Assembly (NCBI GenBank): GCA_951406725.2
Contig: OX597819.1
Span: 93,806,001-93,870,000, forward strand
Direction of reading: 5' to 3'
DNA: 64,000 nt
DNA from: Octopus vulgaris
Taxonomy: Eukaryota
Each line of letters begins with the position of its first letter. Position 1 is the first letter of the stretch. Made by a program: the position numbers and the translations under genes. Below, in pieces: positions 14,243 to 29,331 of this stretch. Under the pieces are notes generated by a model. It was not told the origin of the DNA. It saw only the letters and a list, made by a program, of their open reading frames with translations, and did no database searches.

Positions 14243-15262
14243 TATGGGTCATCAGTATTTTTCAATTGCATGAACTAAAACTACCTACATCAACTTGCTA
14301 TAAAAGAAGATAGTAATTTTACCTTGTCCTTATTCTTAGTGCAAGTTTTGATGAGTGCAGTTCGATTTTAACAGTTATTTTTTCGAAGCGATAATGGAAG
14401 TGACAAAGGAGCATATTTGGCATATTTTGCTTTATAAATTCAATAAGGCAACAACGCAAAGAAAAGTGCAAGGAATATTAATGCAGTAAACCATAATCAG
14501 ATAATAAGTGTAAGCCAGTGTCAACTGTGGTTCCAGAAATTCCGAACCAGAAGCTACAGCCTAGAAGATGAGCATCATGCTGGAGGATCTTTAGAGCTCA
14601 ACAAGGGTGTCCTGTAAACCCTAGTGGAGCAAGATCCCATTTGAGAAACTAGCAGAGAAGCTTGAATTTGGTCATTCAGCCATTCATTAATGCCAGCACT
14701 AGAAGAAAAACGATTATCTTTGGTTACAAGGTGAAAGGTGTTCTTCCATTAGAGTAATGCTCGGCCACATACGATGAGGATAACATTCCAATGGCTAGAG
14801 CAGTTTGAATGGGAAATGATACCCCATCCACCATATTTGCCAGACATTGCCACATCTGATTATCATTTATTCCGCAGTCTTCAAAATCATTTGGATGGAA
14901 AAAAATATAAATTCTGTACACGAACAGAACAGCACTGGAGGAGTATTTTTCATCACAGACAAGTGAATTTCAGAAGAGGGTTCTTGCAAGTCTACCAGCT
15001 AGACGGAAGAGCATTGTAGAAAATGAAGGAGAGTATATTTTAGATTAAAAAAGAACTTTACTCTCATTTCCTTGTTTTAGTCATTTGACTGTGGCCATGC
15101 TGGAGCACTCTTTAGTCAGGCAAATTGATCCCAGAACTTATTCTTTATAAGCCTAGTGCTTATACTATTGGTCTCTTTTGCCAAACTGTTAAGTTACAGG
15201 GATGTAAACACTCCAGCATCAGTTGTCAAGCAATGTTGGGGGACAAACACGGACACACAAAC

Positions 15263-15293
<31 letters not shown>

Positions 15294-15524
15294 TACGACG
15301 GGCTTCTTTCAGTTTCCATCAACCAAATCCCCTCACAAGGTTCTGGTTGGCCCGAGGCTATAGTAGATGACACTTGCCCAAGGTGCCACACAGTGGGACT
15401 GAACCCAGAACCATGCTGTTCGTAAGCAAGCTGCTTACTACATAGCCACTCCTACACCTATGTTTATCTTAATTTTGAAAAATAAAAGAAGTATAAAAAA
15501 CCATATTATTTATGGGATGACCAA
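14243..15524 (+). mobile_element. Degenerate, internally deleted mariner (second family) with a SINE inserted at ~15058-15461
   Basis: Ends tgggtcatc / tatgggatgaccaa(ta). Remnant frames read MEVTKEHIWHILLY, HPPYLPDIATSDYHLFRSLQNHLDGK and ENEGEYILD* (stop ~15048). Confidence 0.85.
15058..15461 (-). mobile_element. SINE family A (inside mariner). Further minus copies at ~5965-6653, 17750-18147, 38146-38546, 50374-50648, 61274-61895; partial plus copies at ~20311, 20602, 44390, 48770
   Basis: Shared ctttcagtttcc.tctaccaaatccactcacaaggctttgg and gtggccatgctggagcac motifs. Confidence 0.85.
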
Positions 15525-18500
15525 TATATATATATATATATATATATTCATAATTATATTAAAGGATACACGAAGCACCAGTTTGCTAGAAAGTGGAAGT
15601 AAAAACCCTCAACTTAATCACCAATCTCACTGAAAATATGCAAGGGACCAACAGAAGTCAGGCAAACAAGTGGAATTTAACATGCTATCTCAGCTAAAAA
15701 AAACCATAAAAAAAAAGAAAGAGAGAAAAAGGGGAGAGAGAGACAATAAAGAAATAAAGAAAGAGAAGGTGTGCTAACTAGTGGTCAAGATGAAATGATA
15801 GAAGGAAGGAACAGGTGAGGGTGTGGGTGAGAGGAAGAGATGAGAGGGTAAAAAGATGAGAGAGTAAAGCGATGAGAGGGTAAAGAGTAAAGAAGTGTGA
15901 GGTATGTTGTGATAGAGCAGAAGGGATGGGCAGACAGAGGGGATAAGGGTAGTAAAATTGAGGTGGAATGAAGAATTAGGAATATAAGTTAAGTTGCTTA
16001 AAAGGACAGGTTAGTGGTGAGTTGTAGAGGAATGCATATCCCTGATAGACATTTACATACATCAACACATACATACTCATACAAAACTCCTGTATGTTAT
16101 ATGCATTCACGCATATACATGCTCATTTGTATCTATTTTTGTATATATAAATTCTAGCATACATAAATGCATGTATGCAGGCTCACACCCATGCATAAAT
16201 GTGAGTGTATACATACAGACATGTATACACACATATACACATACAGAGGCAGGTATGTGTACATATATATATATATATATACACACACACATACTCATAT
16301 ATAAATCCATGCTTGTATAAAGTATCTATACCTATAATCATATGTATTCACATGTACCCACTTGCATTTTCATGTACGCATGTACACGTATATACATGCA
16401 TACATATATACACATACTATATACATATATATATACATACACACATACATACATGTATCTGTATGTATTATCACAACTGCACATATATGTACATATACCA
16501 AGCATGCATGCATACATACATACATACATACATACATACATACATACATGCATACATACATACATACATACATACATACATACATACATACATACATACA
16601 TACATACATACATGCATACATACTTATATAATTAAATAATTGAGATCTTCAAGTATGGAAGAGGAATTATATAAGGATTAGAAGTTAAAATGTAGATTTA
16701 TAAGGTTATTAGGGATTACCTAAGGGGTATTGTGGAAAAATACTCTGCGGTCATTTAGGCATTTGGATTTGTGGTAAATACATACATACATACACACATA
16801 CATACATACACACATACATACATACACACATACTTATATATGTATATATATATATATAAACATACGCATACACCCACATATATATATATGTAAGTAGGTA
16901 TGTGTGTACATGTGACAGTGAGCATGTCTTTGCCTTAGTGTGTGTGAGTGTGTGTACAGACTACAGCTTCTTCATGTATTATTAAAAATATAACTCTGTT
17001 GAACTTTTATAATTTCTCAGGATGTTATATCTTATTTGTCCATTAAATTCTGTTAGAACATTAATATTTTCCAGTTCATCAAAATTCCTAGACAATTACA
17101 GTCTTATCTTCAGGATGAAGTGGTTGGTGGTGGTGTATGACATGGCAGTCTTTATAGTGGGTTGGGATCAGCAAGTTTATGTCATCTCAGTGATATCAGA
17201 ATAACAAACTTTGAGCATTTCCATCCTGCTTGTTTTTTTTTATTTTATACCTTATTTAGTTTACTGCCTATAATTAGGGACGGGCTTTCATTTGCAACTG
17301 GGCTGTGTTATCTACATGGTAATTTTTGCATTATGGTAATGCTTGCATTATTAATATAGCTTCTATGGTTAATCATATATTTTTATTTGTTTATTCTGTA
17401 CAGATTTGTTGTGTTTACAAACTAATGTTCTTTCCTCTTAGTTTTGTTTTATGTTGCATGATGCAATAGCTTGTGGTTATTGTTGTTTAATGCCACAGCA
17501 GTTCTAACTGAGTAGCTTTGCAATCATGTACTTTTTCATCATCATCATCATCATCATCACCACCATTTAACATCCGTTTTCCATGCTGGCATGGGTTGGA
17601 CGGCTTGACAGAACTGTTAAGCTGGGGAGCTGCACCAAGTTCCAATTTGGTGTGGCATGGTTTCTATGGCTGGATGCCCTTCCTAATGCCAATCACTCCA
17701 AGAGTGTAATTGCAATTATTAAAAATGGTGTAGGTTCAATATATTTATTCTTTTATTGTTTTACTTGTTTCGGTCATTTGACTGTGGCCATGCTGGTGCA
17801 TCACCTTTAGTTGAACAAATCGACCCAGGACTTATTCTTTGTAAGCTTAGTACGTATTTTATCAGGGTCTTTTTTGCCAAACTGCTAAGTTATGGGGATG
17901 TAAACACACCGACATCAGTTGTCAAGCGATGGTGGGGGGACAAACACAGACACACACACACAAATAAATGCATATATATATATGATAGGTTTCTTTCAGT
18001 TTCCGCCTACCAAATCCACTCACAAGGCTTTGGTCAGCCCAAGGCTATAGTAGAAGACACTTGCCCAAAGTACTATGCAGTGTTGCTGAACCTGGAAACA
18101 TGTAGTTGAGAGGCAAGCTTCTTACTACACAGCCACTCCAGTGCCTATATTATGGACATTATTTACAGTATTGGCAAAAATTGATATTACAGGAAAAAAG
18201 AAACCAAAAAAACCAAATGTGATTTTTAGGTTCAGTGATCTGAAATCACCCAAAAACAAACTTCCATATGTATCTATAAACTGAAATTTCCACAAGCTTG
18301 GCCTGAAAATTAACATTACTCTCTACCAAAAAGTTTGTTTTATTATTTACCATATAATCTATCTCTTGATTTAAATATAGATTGAACTCAAGAGTTATAT
18401 TACAAGGGAGTCTATATGCAGTCAAACCACCTAATAGAAATAGCAACCAAATTCCATCAAATTATGACGCCTTAAAAAAGGCACGTTTGGCAAAGTAGTC

Positions 18501-19441
18501 TCTGCTATAAAAAAAAAAAAAAAGACAGGATGGTCATGACTGGTATATCTTTGTTATTAGGTCTAATCAGTCAGAACTAATCTAGTCCTAAACAACAACA
18601 ATAACAACTACTACAACAACAACTCAAGTACCACCCAAGAATTAAAATTTCCCAAATCAATTCAAAATCAGTTATGAGTTCCTCTTTGAATGTATACAAA
18701 TATTGTGACTTAATTAAGATCAACCTTAAAAACTGCTTAGCATTTGATTTGAGGTCAATCTTACAAAGTGCTTAATACTTAATTTAAGATCCACCTTACA
18801 CAGTGCTTTTGGACCCACTTTATGATTCATCTCTAAATCAACCTTATAACTCACCACTGAAGAGACTAAAACTAATCTCTGAGTTTGCTTAACCTTTCTG
18901 ACTCATAAGGCAATGAAAGTGTCCCTAGGGGCTCACTCAGCTTGCTAGAAATAGTTCCTAAATTTCCCTTAAATGATAGTGTAATCCCTCATACAAATAA
19001 AAAAAAGACTTGACAGGAGAGCCCTTGTTGGAACTCCTTTGCTTATAGATCTACATGATGAGGGTTGATTTGTTACTAAATAGCAAAACTTTAAACTCAC
19101 GTCTGAAACACTACTTTGGCAATTCTTTGCATGATTCTTAAAGAGACACCTTAAAGTCACCTTAAAAAGTTATCCTTTTGGAGAGGAGTCAGGTATATAC
19201 TTTACTGAAAGAAACAACTAGTTGTGGTGTAAGAGAAGTACATTAAGATAATATTTTATGTTCAGTGAGAATGATGCCCAATATTTCTAGTAAGTTTGCA
19301 GATTTAACATCATCATCACCGTAATCACCATCATCATCGCTATTATTATCATCATCATCTTTTTCTACTTTTATTTCATCATCATCATCATCATCATCAA
19401 TATAATCTTTATTCTTCTCCTCTTCATCAATATTATCATGC

Positions 19442-19488
<47 letters not shown>

Positions 19489-19619
19489 TTCATGCATGAA
19501 TAGTTTAGGCAAGTATATTAGTAATAGTAGCTTCTTTCCAATTTCTCCAATCTCAAGACATTTCTGATTCAATGCCAATTTTTATTTTCTTCTCCTTTAT
19601 AATTTTTTTGTGCGTGTGT

Positions 19620-19657
<38 letters not shown>

Positions 19658-20974
19658 TAGAATAGATCTTTCTTAACAATTAGATTGAATAACAATTCTT
19701 TCAGATGCTGAAAATTTCACCTATTATCCACCCACTCTCTGTCCCACTACCACCACCATCCCACTGCCACAGCCTCCTCACAACCACAACTATCACCATT
19801 ACCTCCATCACCACCACTACCACCGCCACAAACACCACCACCAACAACAACACTACCATCACCACCATCACCTTATTCTTTTCATACACCTACTCAGACA
19901 TGTGCACTAACAGACAAGAATTTAAACTCACAAATGTCAATACTCCACCATAGTCTTATACATTCAGACATACAACAAACAACAATGTCTTCAAGGAAAA
20001 AAAAAAAAAGAAAAGAAACGAACAACTACACAATCTGGAGATAAGTACACGAAGCAGATGACTAGATTGTGAGGTGTAGCAGAAAAAATAAGAAAAGACA
20101 AACAATATGGAAAACAATTGGAGCGATATTGGTCTATAACCATGGACAGCATGTAAAGGAAAGGTGCAGATGTCGACAGTATAATGTTGATGTTAATAAT
20201 GATGGTGAACTAAAGCGAAAGTGCTGAACCCCTTGCTAGTGTTTCGTGCCTGAAACTGGTGACTGACTAAGATTCTAAAGACCCATATGAGAATAAGGAA
20301 GGATTTATAAGTGCAGGTGTAGCCATGTAGTTAAGAAGTATGATATGCAATCTCATAGCTTCAGGTTTAGTTACTCTGTATGCCACCTTTGGGCAAGTGT
20401 CTTCTGCTACAGCCCTGTGTTGAGCAATGCCTTGTGAGTGTATTTGGTAGATAGAAACTGTGTGGAAGCCCATCACACACACATACAAACATGCACACAC
20501 ACACAAGCATGCATGAACATGCGCACACATGCACACAGATATGCACACACATACACAAATACACACACATGCACACACGCATAGACACACGCACATGTAT
20601 TTAGGCGCAGGAGTGGCTGTGTGTTAAAAAGTATGCTTCCCAACCACATGGTTCCAGGTTCAGTTTCACTGTGTGGCACACTGGGCAAGTGTTTTCTACT
20701 ATAGCCTCGGCCAACCACTGCCTTGTGAGTGGATTTGGTAGATGGAAACTGAAAGAAACCCATCGTCATCATCATCATTGTGTGTCCGTTTTCCATGCTG
20801 ACATGGGTTGGACGGTTTCGCTGAGGTCTGGAGAGCCAGTGGCCACACCAGGCTCGAATCTGATCTAGCAATGTTTCTATGGCTGGATGCCCTTCCTAAT
20901 GCCAACCACTCCGAAAGGGTAGTGGGTGCTTTTTACATGCCACTGGCACAGGAGCCAGTCAGGCAGACTTGACA

Positions 20975-21025
<51 letters not shown>

Positions 21026-21149
21026 TAATATATAGAAAAGATTTTAGTTACACAAATCAACATAAAGACGCAAACACATACATATATATCTGTTTGTATA
21101 TATATGTATATCATATATAAATATATATACACACACACACATTGATATA

Positions 21150-22415
21150 CGAGGGGCGTTCAATAAGTAATGCCTCTGACCCACTTGCAGTTGTTTTATC
21201 TAGCTGAAAGTTTGCATGTGCAATTATTGATATCTCTATAGATTAAGTGGAAAATTACAGCTCTGAACTAATTGTGGTTTTCGATTTACAGGTGTTTTAA
21301 CTGAGTCAAGTGTGAAATGGAGCATGTTGAGTGTCGAACAGTGATCTGGTTTTTGTATTTGAAAGGACGCACACCACGGGAGACTTTTGATGAAATGAAA
21401 GTAACTTATGGTGATGATGCCCCATCATATGACCTTGTAAAACGCTGGCCTCGTAAATTCAAACATGGTCGGAACTCTGTGAAAAACAGCTCCCAGATCT
21501 GGTCGCCCCCTTCTGCCATTGATGAGGCATCTGTCTGTCAAGTTGAGGCTGCCATTTTGGAAGATCGACGCATAACTATTCGCCAAATAGCCCATGAGGT
21601 CAAGATTAGTACCGGGTCTGTGGAAACTATCATTCATGACCATTTGCATATGCAAAAGGTGTCTGCCAGATGGATTCCAAGATTGCTCACACCTTTCCAG
21701 AAGCAAAACGCATCGATTGCTCGAGGATGAATTTGGAGATGTGCCAAGAAGATGAGTCAAAATTTTTCAAAAGACTGATCACTATGATCCGAGACCAAAG
21801 CCCAGTCAATGCAGTGGAAGCACCGTGACTCACCTCCTCCAAAGAAGGCAAGGGTGCAGCCCTCTGCTGGCAAGGTCATGCTTACAGTCTTCTGGGACCA
21901 GGACGGAGTAGTGAAGACAGATTTCCTGGCAAAGGGTGCCACAATTACAGGAGTCTATTATGCTTCACTTATGAGGAAATTAAGAGAAGCTATCAAAATC
22001 AAGAGGCGGGGCAAGATCAGCAAAGTCATCCTCCTCCTGCAGGACAACGCTCCGATCCACAACTCGCGTGTTGCCAGATCAGAAGCACAGGCATGCGGCT
22101 ATGAACTCATCCCCCATACCCCCTACTCTCCTGACCTTGCACCCTCTGATTTTCACCTCTTCCCAGCCATGAAGTTGTTTTTGAAAAGAAAGCGTTTCCC
22201 AGATGATGCAGCCTTGATTTCTGAAGTCACGTCGTGGTTGGAGGACCAAGCTGGGGTCTTCTACAAAAACGGTCTTCAGAGCTGCATCAAACGATGGGAG
22301 AAATGCGTAACTCTGGGTGGTTCCTATGTAGAAAAAGGCTAATAACTGTTCCAAGTTTCGTTGCTCTACTGCTATGGGAAGTGGGTCAGGGGCATTACTT
22401 ATTGAACGCCCCTCG
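21150..22415 (+). mobile_element. Near full-length mariner (DD34D) DNA transposon, 1266 bp
   Basis: TIRs cgaggggcgttcaataagtaatgcc(t/c)ctgacccactt at both ends, flanked by TA target duplications, enclosing transposase-coding sequence. Confidence 0.96.
21317..22342 (+). pseudogene. Mariner transposase, frameshifted, first catalytic Asp motif deleted
   Basis: ORFs 21317..21730 and 21809..22342 give an HTH region, WIPRLL (WVPHEL-like), QDNA and YSPDLAPSD. At ~21775-21790 the reading runs KRLIT-YDPETK, so the expected GDETW motif is missing. Confidence 0.9.
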
Positions 22416-22454
22416 TATATATATATATATATTCACACACACACACATACATTG

Positions 22455-22491
<37 letters not shown>

Positions 22492-22496
22492 TACAT

Positions 22497-22550
<54 letters not shown>

Positions 22551-22778
22551 TTCATTATTACCCACAAGGGGCTAAACATAGATGGGACAAACAAGGACAG
22601 ACATAGGTATTAAGTCGATTATACCCCAGTGTGTAACTGGTATATTTATCGACCCGAAAGGATGAAAGGCAAAGTATCGGCGGATTTGAACTCACAACGT
22701 AGCGGCAGACGAAATATATTTCGTCCGGCGCGCTAACGTTTCTGCCAGCTCACCGCCTATATATATATATACAACACC

Positions 22779-22912
22779 TTTCAGTTCTCCAACAGTGAAA
22801 AATTAATATAATTAAGAGTTCAAACATTTTGTCACCCCCAAATTTCAAGACTTCTGTACAGATTCCATCAGACCCTGGAGATTTATAGTTATTCAGCTTA
22901 TTCAGAGCTAAA
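22779..22912 (-). mobile_element. Short fragment of the same RTE family as 32190-33890
   Basis: Closely matches ~33102-33232 (aattaatat..ttaagagttcaaacattttgtcacc..gattccatcagaccctggaga). Confidence 0.8.
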
Positions 22913-23103
22913 CATATATATATATATATTTTGGATTTTACTCAAAGGATATTGGAATATTACACATATATACCATTATGCCTATAAAACAGATTAACAA
23001 ATTCAATAACTATACATATCTTACGTCTATTTTCTTTCCTCCACCTCACTCTCTATCTGTATCACATCGAAACTAACTATGACTTAATTTTTCCTCTCAC
23101 ACC

Positions 23104-23155
23104 GTCTCCGATGAAGGGATATTATTAATTAATATCCTAGAAACAGCTGTAAGAC
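23104..23155 (+). ncRNA. Hammerhead-like motif of a PLE remnant (core variant CCGAUGA)
   Basis: gtct-CCGATGA-a-gggatatt-attaatt-aatatcct-a-GAAA-cagctg-TA-agac. Stems I and II pair and stem III is the palindrome acagctgt. Confidence 0.65.
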
Positions 23156-23215
23156 CTTCTATCTATAAGTGCTCTAATACAGCCTTTGTTTTTTATCTCA
23201 TTATGCAAAAAATTC

Positions 23216-23250
<35 letters not shown>

Positions 23251-24054
23251 TGAGGAGAGGTGCAGAAAGTTTGGGAAATGGTTAACATATGCAAGTCAAA
23301 AGAGAAGGAAGTTAAGGCAGGATAAAACTGGAGTTACCACGTGAGCGTATAATATATAGTTGAAATTTATAGATAAACAAAAGACGAAGACAGGTGTAGG
23401 AACAACAAGCAGATGTATTAGTTTGATGCTTGGGAAAATAAAAAAGTATTTTGTGCTCAAGCCTACGGTTTTCAACAGAATGGAATAAGAGAAAATAAAC
23501 AGAGAGAGAATGAAAAAAACTTGTAGATTTAGCGGTCATGCATAGCAAATGATTAGAAAAAAGTTTGAAAGAAGAGGTTGAAAAATAGGGAGATAATAAA
23601 GTGCTGGTGATCCCAAATGAAAGTGTGTATATGTATGTATAAAGAATATGAATGTGAATATGTGCATCAATTTCTGTAAGTGGGTATGTGTATGCATTTA
23701 TGTATTTGCTTATGTAAATCTATGTGAAAGGAGTTAGTATACCTGTCTGTCAATGTCAGTATATGTTCCTATCAAAATGCATAATTAAATATATTTTTTC
23801 AGAAATGTTTATCTGCATAGGCGTATATGTTGAGTGTAGGTGTGTATGAATACATTTTTATGCTCACAGTGACACACACACATATACATATATATGCGTG
23901 CGCATTTGTGTGTGTGTGTGTGTGTATCTACGGATAACAACAGGTAATCAAAACTGCTGGTGCTTTACTCATCTACTTATACATTTTGTATAATTTCTCC
24001 TTTTGAGATATATATATATATATATATTTACATACATATATACATACATACATG

Positions 24055-24135
<81 letters not shown>

Positions 24136-24230
24136 TATATATATATATACACACATATATATATATGTATACATATCTACATACATCTATATATATCTTA
24201 CACAAACACACAGTCATTCTCTCTCTCTCT

Positions 24231-24268
<38 letters not shown>

Positions 24269-24782
24269 TACACAAGCACATATATACTTATATACATGCC
24301 CATGTTGATACATACAAAGAAATACATAGGTGGATAGCTGTATACATACATTCAATTATACATACAGGCTGGCTGAAAGAGGAACAAACATACATCTATA
24401 TTAAGATGCAAACATGACTATTTGAGTTTAATGCTTTCTATTTGAGATTTTTTTATTATTTCTGTATGCATCTTTATATTTGTTTAGAACAATAGAACAA
24501 TAGAATTTCTCTTTCTCAAGAAGCACCAGTTACTCTCTTCTTCCTTTCCACAAGATGACACAGGGTTTTCTTGTCTGTGGTTCTAGTCAATTCTTGACCT
24601 GACCAATGAATGGTGCAGACTGTTTTTTTTTTTGCTTTTTTTTTTTTAGAAATCTCTAGTTTGTTTAAATCTTTAATATTTCCTCAATGCTGAAAGGCAT
24701 ATATAACCAAACAACTATCTATCCCGCTGTCCATCTATCTACCCATGCAATCTGTCCATCCATCCAATCTGTCCATTTAATA

Positions 24783-25316
24783 CAATGTTTCCCAACCATT
24801 TTTCACCTATGAGTGCCTTTTATAATTAATTATTATTAGGAACTAGCACTATGACCTCCCAACGCCGAGTCATAGTGCTAGTGCATGCGCATACAGCTGC
24901 ATTTGTGTGCACATACATGCGAGTACTGTCCAAATCTCCGACCAATTGCATACAGCTAGCTGGCATTCAACTGGTGTATCAAGTTTTGGGCATTTTGATT
25001 GGGTTTTGGATAAAAAATTCACAAAAAAATCACTTCTATTGATTTTTTAATGGCTTTGTTGGGTGTTGCACGACCACCCTTGGACGGTTTTCAATGACCA
25101 TAGAAAGTGCGAGCCCTCTAACTGAAAAATTGTGGATTTGTATAAAGGACACACACAGACATTTTGCCGTTTATATATATAGAGAGATTATATAAAAGAA
25201 TTGTTAAAATGTTTTATGTATTGTAGAATATAATAAATTTATTGCAGATTAAACTTTAACAACAAAATCTTAAATTGACAGCCAATGGCCATGTAGACCC
25301 TGGTTGAGAATCACTG
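24783..25316. mobile_element. hAT (Charlie/MER5-like) MITE interrupted by the Helitron
   Basis: TIRs caatgtttcccaacc / ggttgagaatcactg; internal sequence matches the uninterrupted copy at 41413-41654. Confidence 0.7.
24843..25187 (-). mobile_element. Non-autonomous Helitron-like element
   Basis: Minus strand starts A|TCTCTCTATATATATAAA and ends with hairpin gcactatgac..gtcatagtgc and CTAG|T. Inserted at AT without a TSD. Confidence 0.75.
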
Positions 25317-25825
25317 AATCTACCTTTTTACCTACCTGTTTACGTACCTACCTACCTACCTATCTACCTACCTACCTATATACCTACCTACCTACCGACT
25401 TACCTACCTGCCAAAATAAAATAAAATAAAATAAAATGAACATGAATAAACAGGGAATTCTGATAATTTGGGTATCATACACATTCCCACACACACATAC
25501 ACCAAACAGACACACTCAGGGATATATGCATGCACAAATAAAGACACATGCAACAGGAATACAAAATGGCAGGTCGTCAGGAAGGAGAGTCACAAAAAAG
25601 AAAGAAGAAAGCGAAGGACCACTGATGAAGTCACTGAAGTGTGACAAAAGAACTCTGGCCAAAATATAATTAATATGAACTAAAGCTGAAGCAAGCGAAC
25701 ACCGAATAAATTGTGTGTGTGTTTTCATTGGCTAAACTGGCAACGTAACCATCCCCAAATATGACAATATCTGTTTCATCCCACAATTTCACATAAAGAA
25801 TGTTGCAAAATAAATACATAAACAT

Positions 25826-26010
25826 AGGCGCAGGAGTAGCTGTGTGGTAAGTAGCTTGCTAACCAACCACGTGGTTCTGGGTTCAGTCCCACTGCGTGGC
25901 ATCTTGGGCAAGTGTCTTCTGCTATAGCCCCGGGCCGACCAAAGCCTTGTGAGTGGATTTGGTAGACGGAAACTGAAAGAAGCCTGTCATATATATGTAT
26001 ATATATGTGG

Positions 26011-26070
<60 letters not shown>

Positions 26071-26252
26071 CCCCCTAGCATTGCTTGACAACCGATGCTG
26101 GTGTGTTTACGTCCCCGTCACTTAGCAGTTCAGCAAAAGAGACCGATGGAATAAGTACTGGGCTTACAAAGAATAAGTCCCGGGGTCGATTTGCTCGACT
26201 AAAGGCGGTGCTCCAGCATGGCCACAGTCAAAATGACTGAAACAAGTAAAAG
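25826..26252 (+). mobile_element. SINE family A, full-length copy
   Basis: Near-identical to 58202-58630. Confidence 0.9.
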
Positions 26253-26289
26253 AAAAAAAATATGTATGTATATATATATATTATATATA

Positions 26290-26331
<42 letters not shown>

Positions 26332-26916
26332 TAAATGAATGTCCAACCATACTCCTTCTTCATGACTCCATTCACACATGATGAATACCCACACTTAAAC
26401 TTGGAAGTATATAATAATACTACCAATAGTACTGTGTAATTCTAAAGGTGAATGAGCTTTATACTGTACTCTACCATGTTCCTAACATAATATAACATAA
26501 CTCTGTGTGTGTGTGTGTGTGTGTGTGTGGGTGTGTGTTTGTGTTTGTGTGTTTGTGTGTACATAAACATGCAAACTCTCACTAATGGAGACTCTCATAA
26601 ACATACAATGATATGAATTGAGCTGTATATTAATTCAAACATATGGTTGCAAAAATTTGAATATTTATAAGATTCTTAGCTGTAGAAATCTTCAGACTAA
26701 CACCTCTGTTATATGCTACAAAATATATATAGAGAGTGAAGAGAAAGGTGTGAAATATGGCCTATTCTTACTTCAGCAGTTCTAGAAACATGATTGTTAT
26801 TTAATAATTGTTATTTATCTGAAACATAGAATTTACTACTAAGATGGAGCTAATTAGCAATGCAATTAATAAAAGGATAATAATAATGATACTACAACTA
26901 CTACTACTACTACTAC

Positions 26917-26952
<36 letters not shown>

Positions 26953-27843
26953 TAATATATTTTGATGTTTTTTATTTTACGGTAGTTTTCTTGACTTAGG
27001 ATTCCACACCTGTACACACACACACACATATATACATACATAAATACATATGTATGTATGTGTGTATGTATGTATGTATGTATGAATGTATATGCATATG
27101 TTTATGTATATACATATATATATGTGTGTGTGTGTGTATGTGTATACATGTTTACTTATATATATATGTATGTATTTAGCTATGTATGCATTGGGTGCTG
27201 CATGTACATGAGAGTGATATATCTCACAAGAACTCTGATGATATCAATATGTAGTAATTATTATCGTAGTTAATTTTCAGAATAGTATGGTATATGATTG
27301 AGCAATGGGAGAAAATAATGATTATCAATATCCAATATAATGTTTGCACGGCATTACCAACATCATTTATTCTATGCTTGATATTCGATACTTTGTGCAC
27401 ACTGCTCCTGCTTCAACCTGGTTACTTTTCCAAGTATCTTTCTGAACTGCTTCCTATGAAAATAGATGTAATTTATGAATCCTGACTTCTAATCTGCAAT
27501 AAAAGAGGCATGTGGCTCAGGAAATAGTTTCTGTCTGTTTGGTTATTATTTTGGTTTTTATCTATATATATATTTATTTTTTTTCTTTTGGCTGTTTCTT
27601 TTTTTTAAAAAAAAAATCTCCGTTTCTGACGGAAGCTATTTGTGAAGAACATCTGCTTATGAATGTACAGCTCCTGTATTATATGTAGGGGAAAACTTCT
27701 ATAGTAAATGTCTGGCCATCCCCTAGACACATGCCTGTAAACATGGCATGAGCAGGTAGACATATAGGGTAGCATACATATATATATATATATATAATAT
27801 ACATAATATATACATACATATATATATACACACACACATATAC

Positions 27844-27922
<79 letters not shown>

Positions 27923-29331
27923 TGAGTATTGGAATTGCACACAAAATATATAGACATTTACCAACTTCTTGCATACAGTTTCAAATGCATATTTTATACT
28001 CAAGTATGTTACACATGCATGCATAAATATGTGTGTGTGTGTGTGTGTTTGTGTGTGTGTGATGATATATATATATATGTATGTATATATGTATGTCAAA
28101 TAGTGATAGGTACATAAAAAATAGTAAAAGAGAGAGAGAGGGGAAAAGGATGAGAAGTAGAGTGAGGGTAGTTTTACAAGAAAATATGCTTTGAATCACA
28201 TGCATGCACACACACACACACACACAAACGCAAACACATGCATATTTATACTTATAGAGCAAAAGGAAACTAAAACGAGGCTGATGACGATGAAATATAT
28301 GCATACATGCATGTAAACATATTAAGAATTTCATAGAAATTTTCATAGAATCTCACATATAATGAAACAGATGCCTTCATGAAAACACACATGTTTACAC
28401 ACACATGCAGACACCTCCACATGTACTCATCCATCACTGTTAAGAAATACGTTCTTTTCATACAAGCGCAGTTTCATATACATAATCACATACCAATAGA
28501 GAAACTTGCAAATGTTTATTATAAAACTATGCATGCATACGTATGTGTTGTAAAGCAGAGGTACATAGTAATGTTTTGGCACATAAAATATAAGAATCGT
28601 ATTTTAGAGGCAAACAGAAAACAATTAAAACTACACACACACACACAGAGCAGGTAGAATTTATTACGAATACACACACTGACATCAACACACGCAAGAA
28701 CATGCATATACACACACAAATACACACTCACACAGGTATATAAGTACAAAGAAAATTAAATAAAAAATGTTACTATATGTTGCGTGAGAGATCTGAGATA
28801 AGCAGACGGTTTGCATTTTACAACAGCTTCAGCGTGTTCCACCCCCACAAAAAAAAAAAAGAAGATAGATGAGATGATAGTAAAAAGAAGCACAAGATGT
28901 GTTAAAGGAGGTAGAGGAAAAGAAGAAAAATGCATAAAGGCAGAAGAATAAAATAAAATAAAAAATTATAAAGAAACAGGAAATTTTTTTATAAAAAAAA
29001 ATAGGATGTAAGACAAATGAAGAGGAAAAGGATGTGCAAAAAAAAATTGGAATCTAAGTACAATAATAATAATAATGGTTTAAAATTTTGGCATAGGGTT
29101 AGTAGTTCTTGAAGGGAGGGGAAGTTGATTATGTCAACCCCAGTACTTCACTGGTACTTATTTTACTGCCCTCTGAAAGGATGAAAGGCAAAATTGACCA
29201 TGGCGGAATATGAGCTCAGAACATAGAGACAGATGAAATGCCACTAAGCATTTTGTCCAGCATGCTAACTGACAGTTCTGCCAGCTCTCTGCCTGATAAT
29301 AATTATGATGATGATGATGATGACGACAACG

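Noticed and set aside
17021-17204. ctcag|G ATG TTA.. (MLYLICPLNSVRTL) as a possible Cav3 S3-S4 exon
   Set aside because: The acceptor and phase are superficially suitable, but the invariant RVLRPLRAINR S4 motif is absent.
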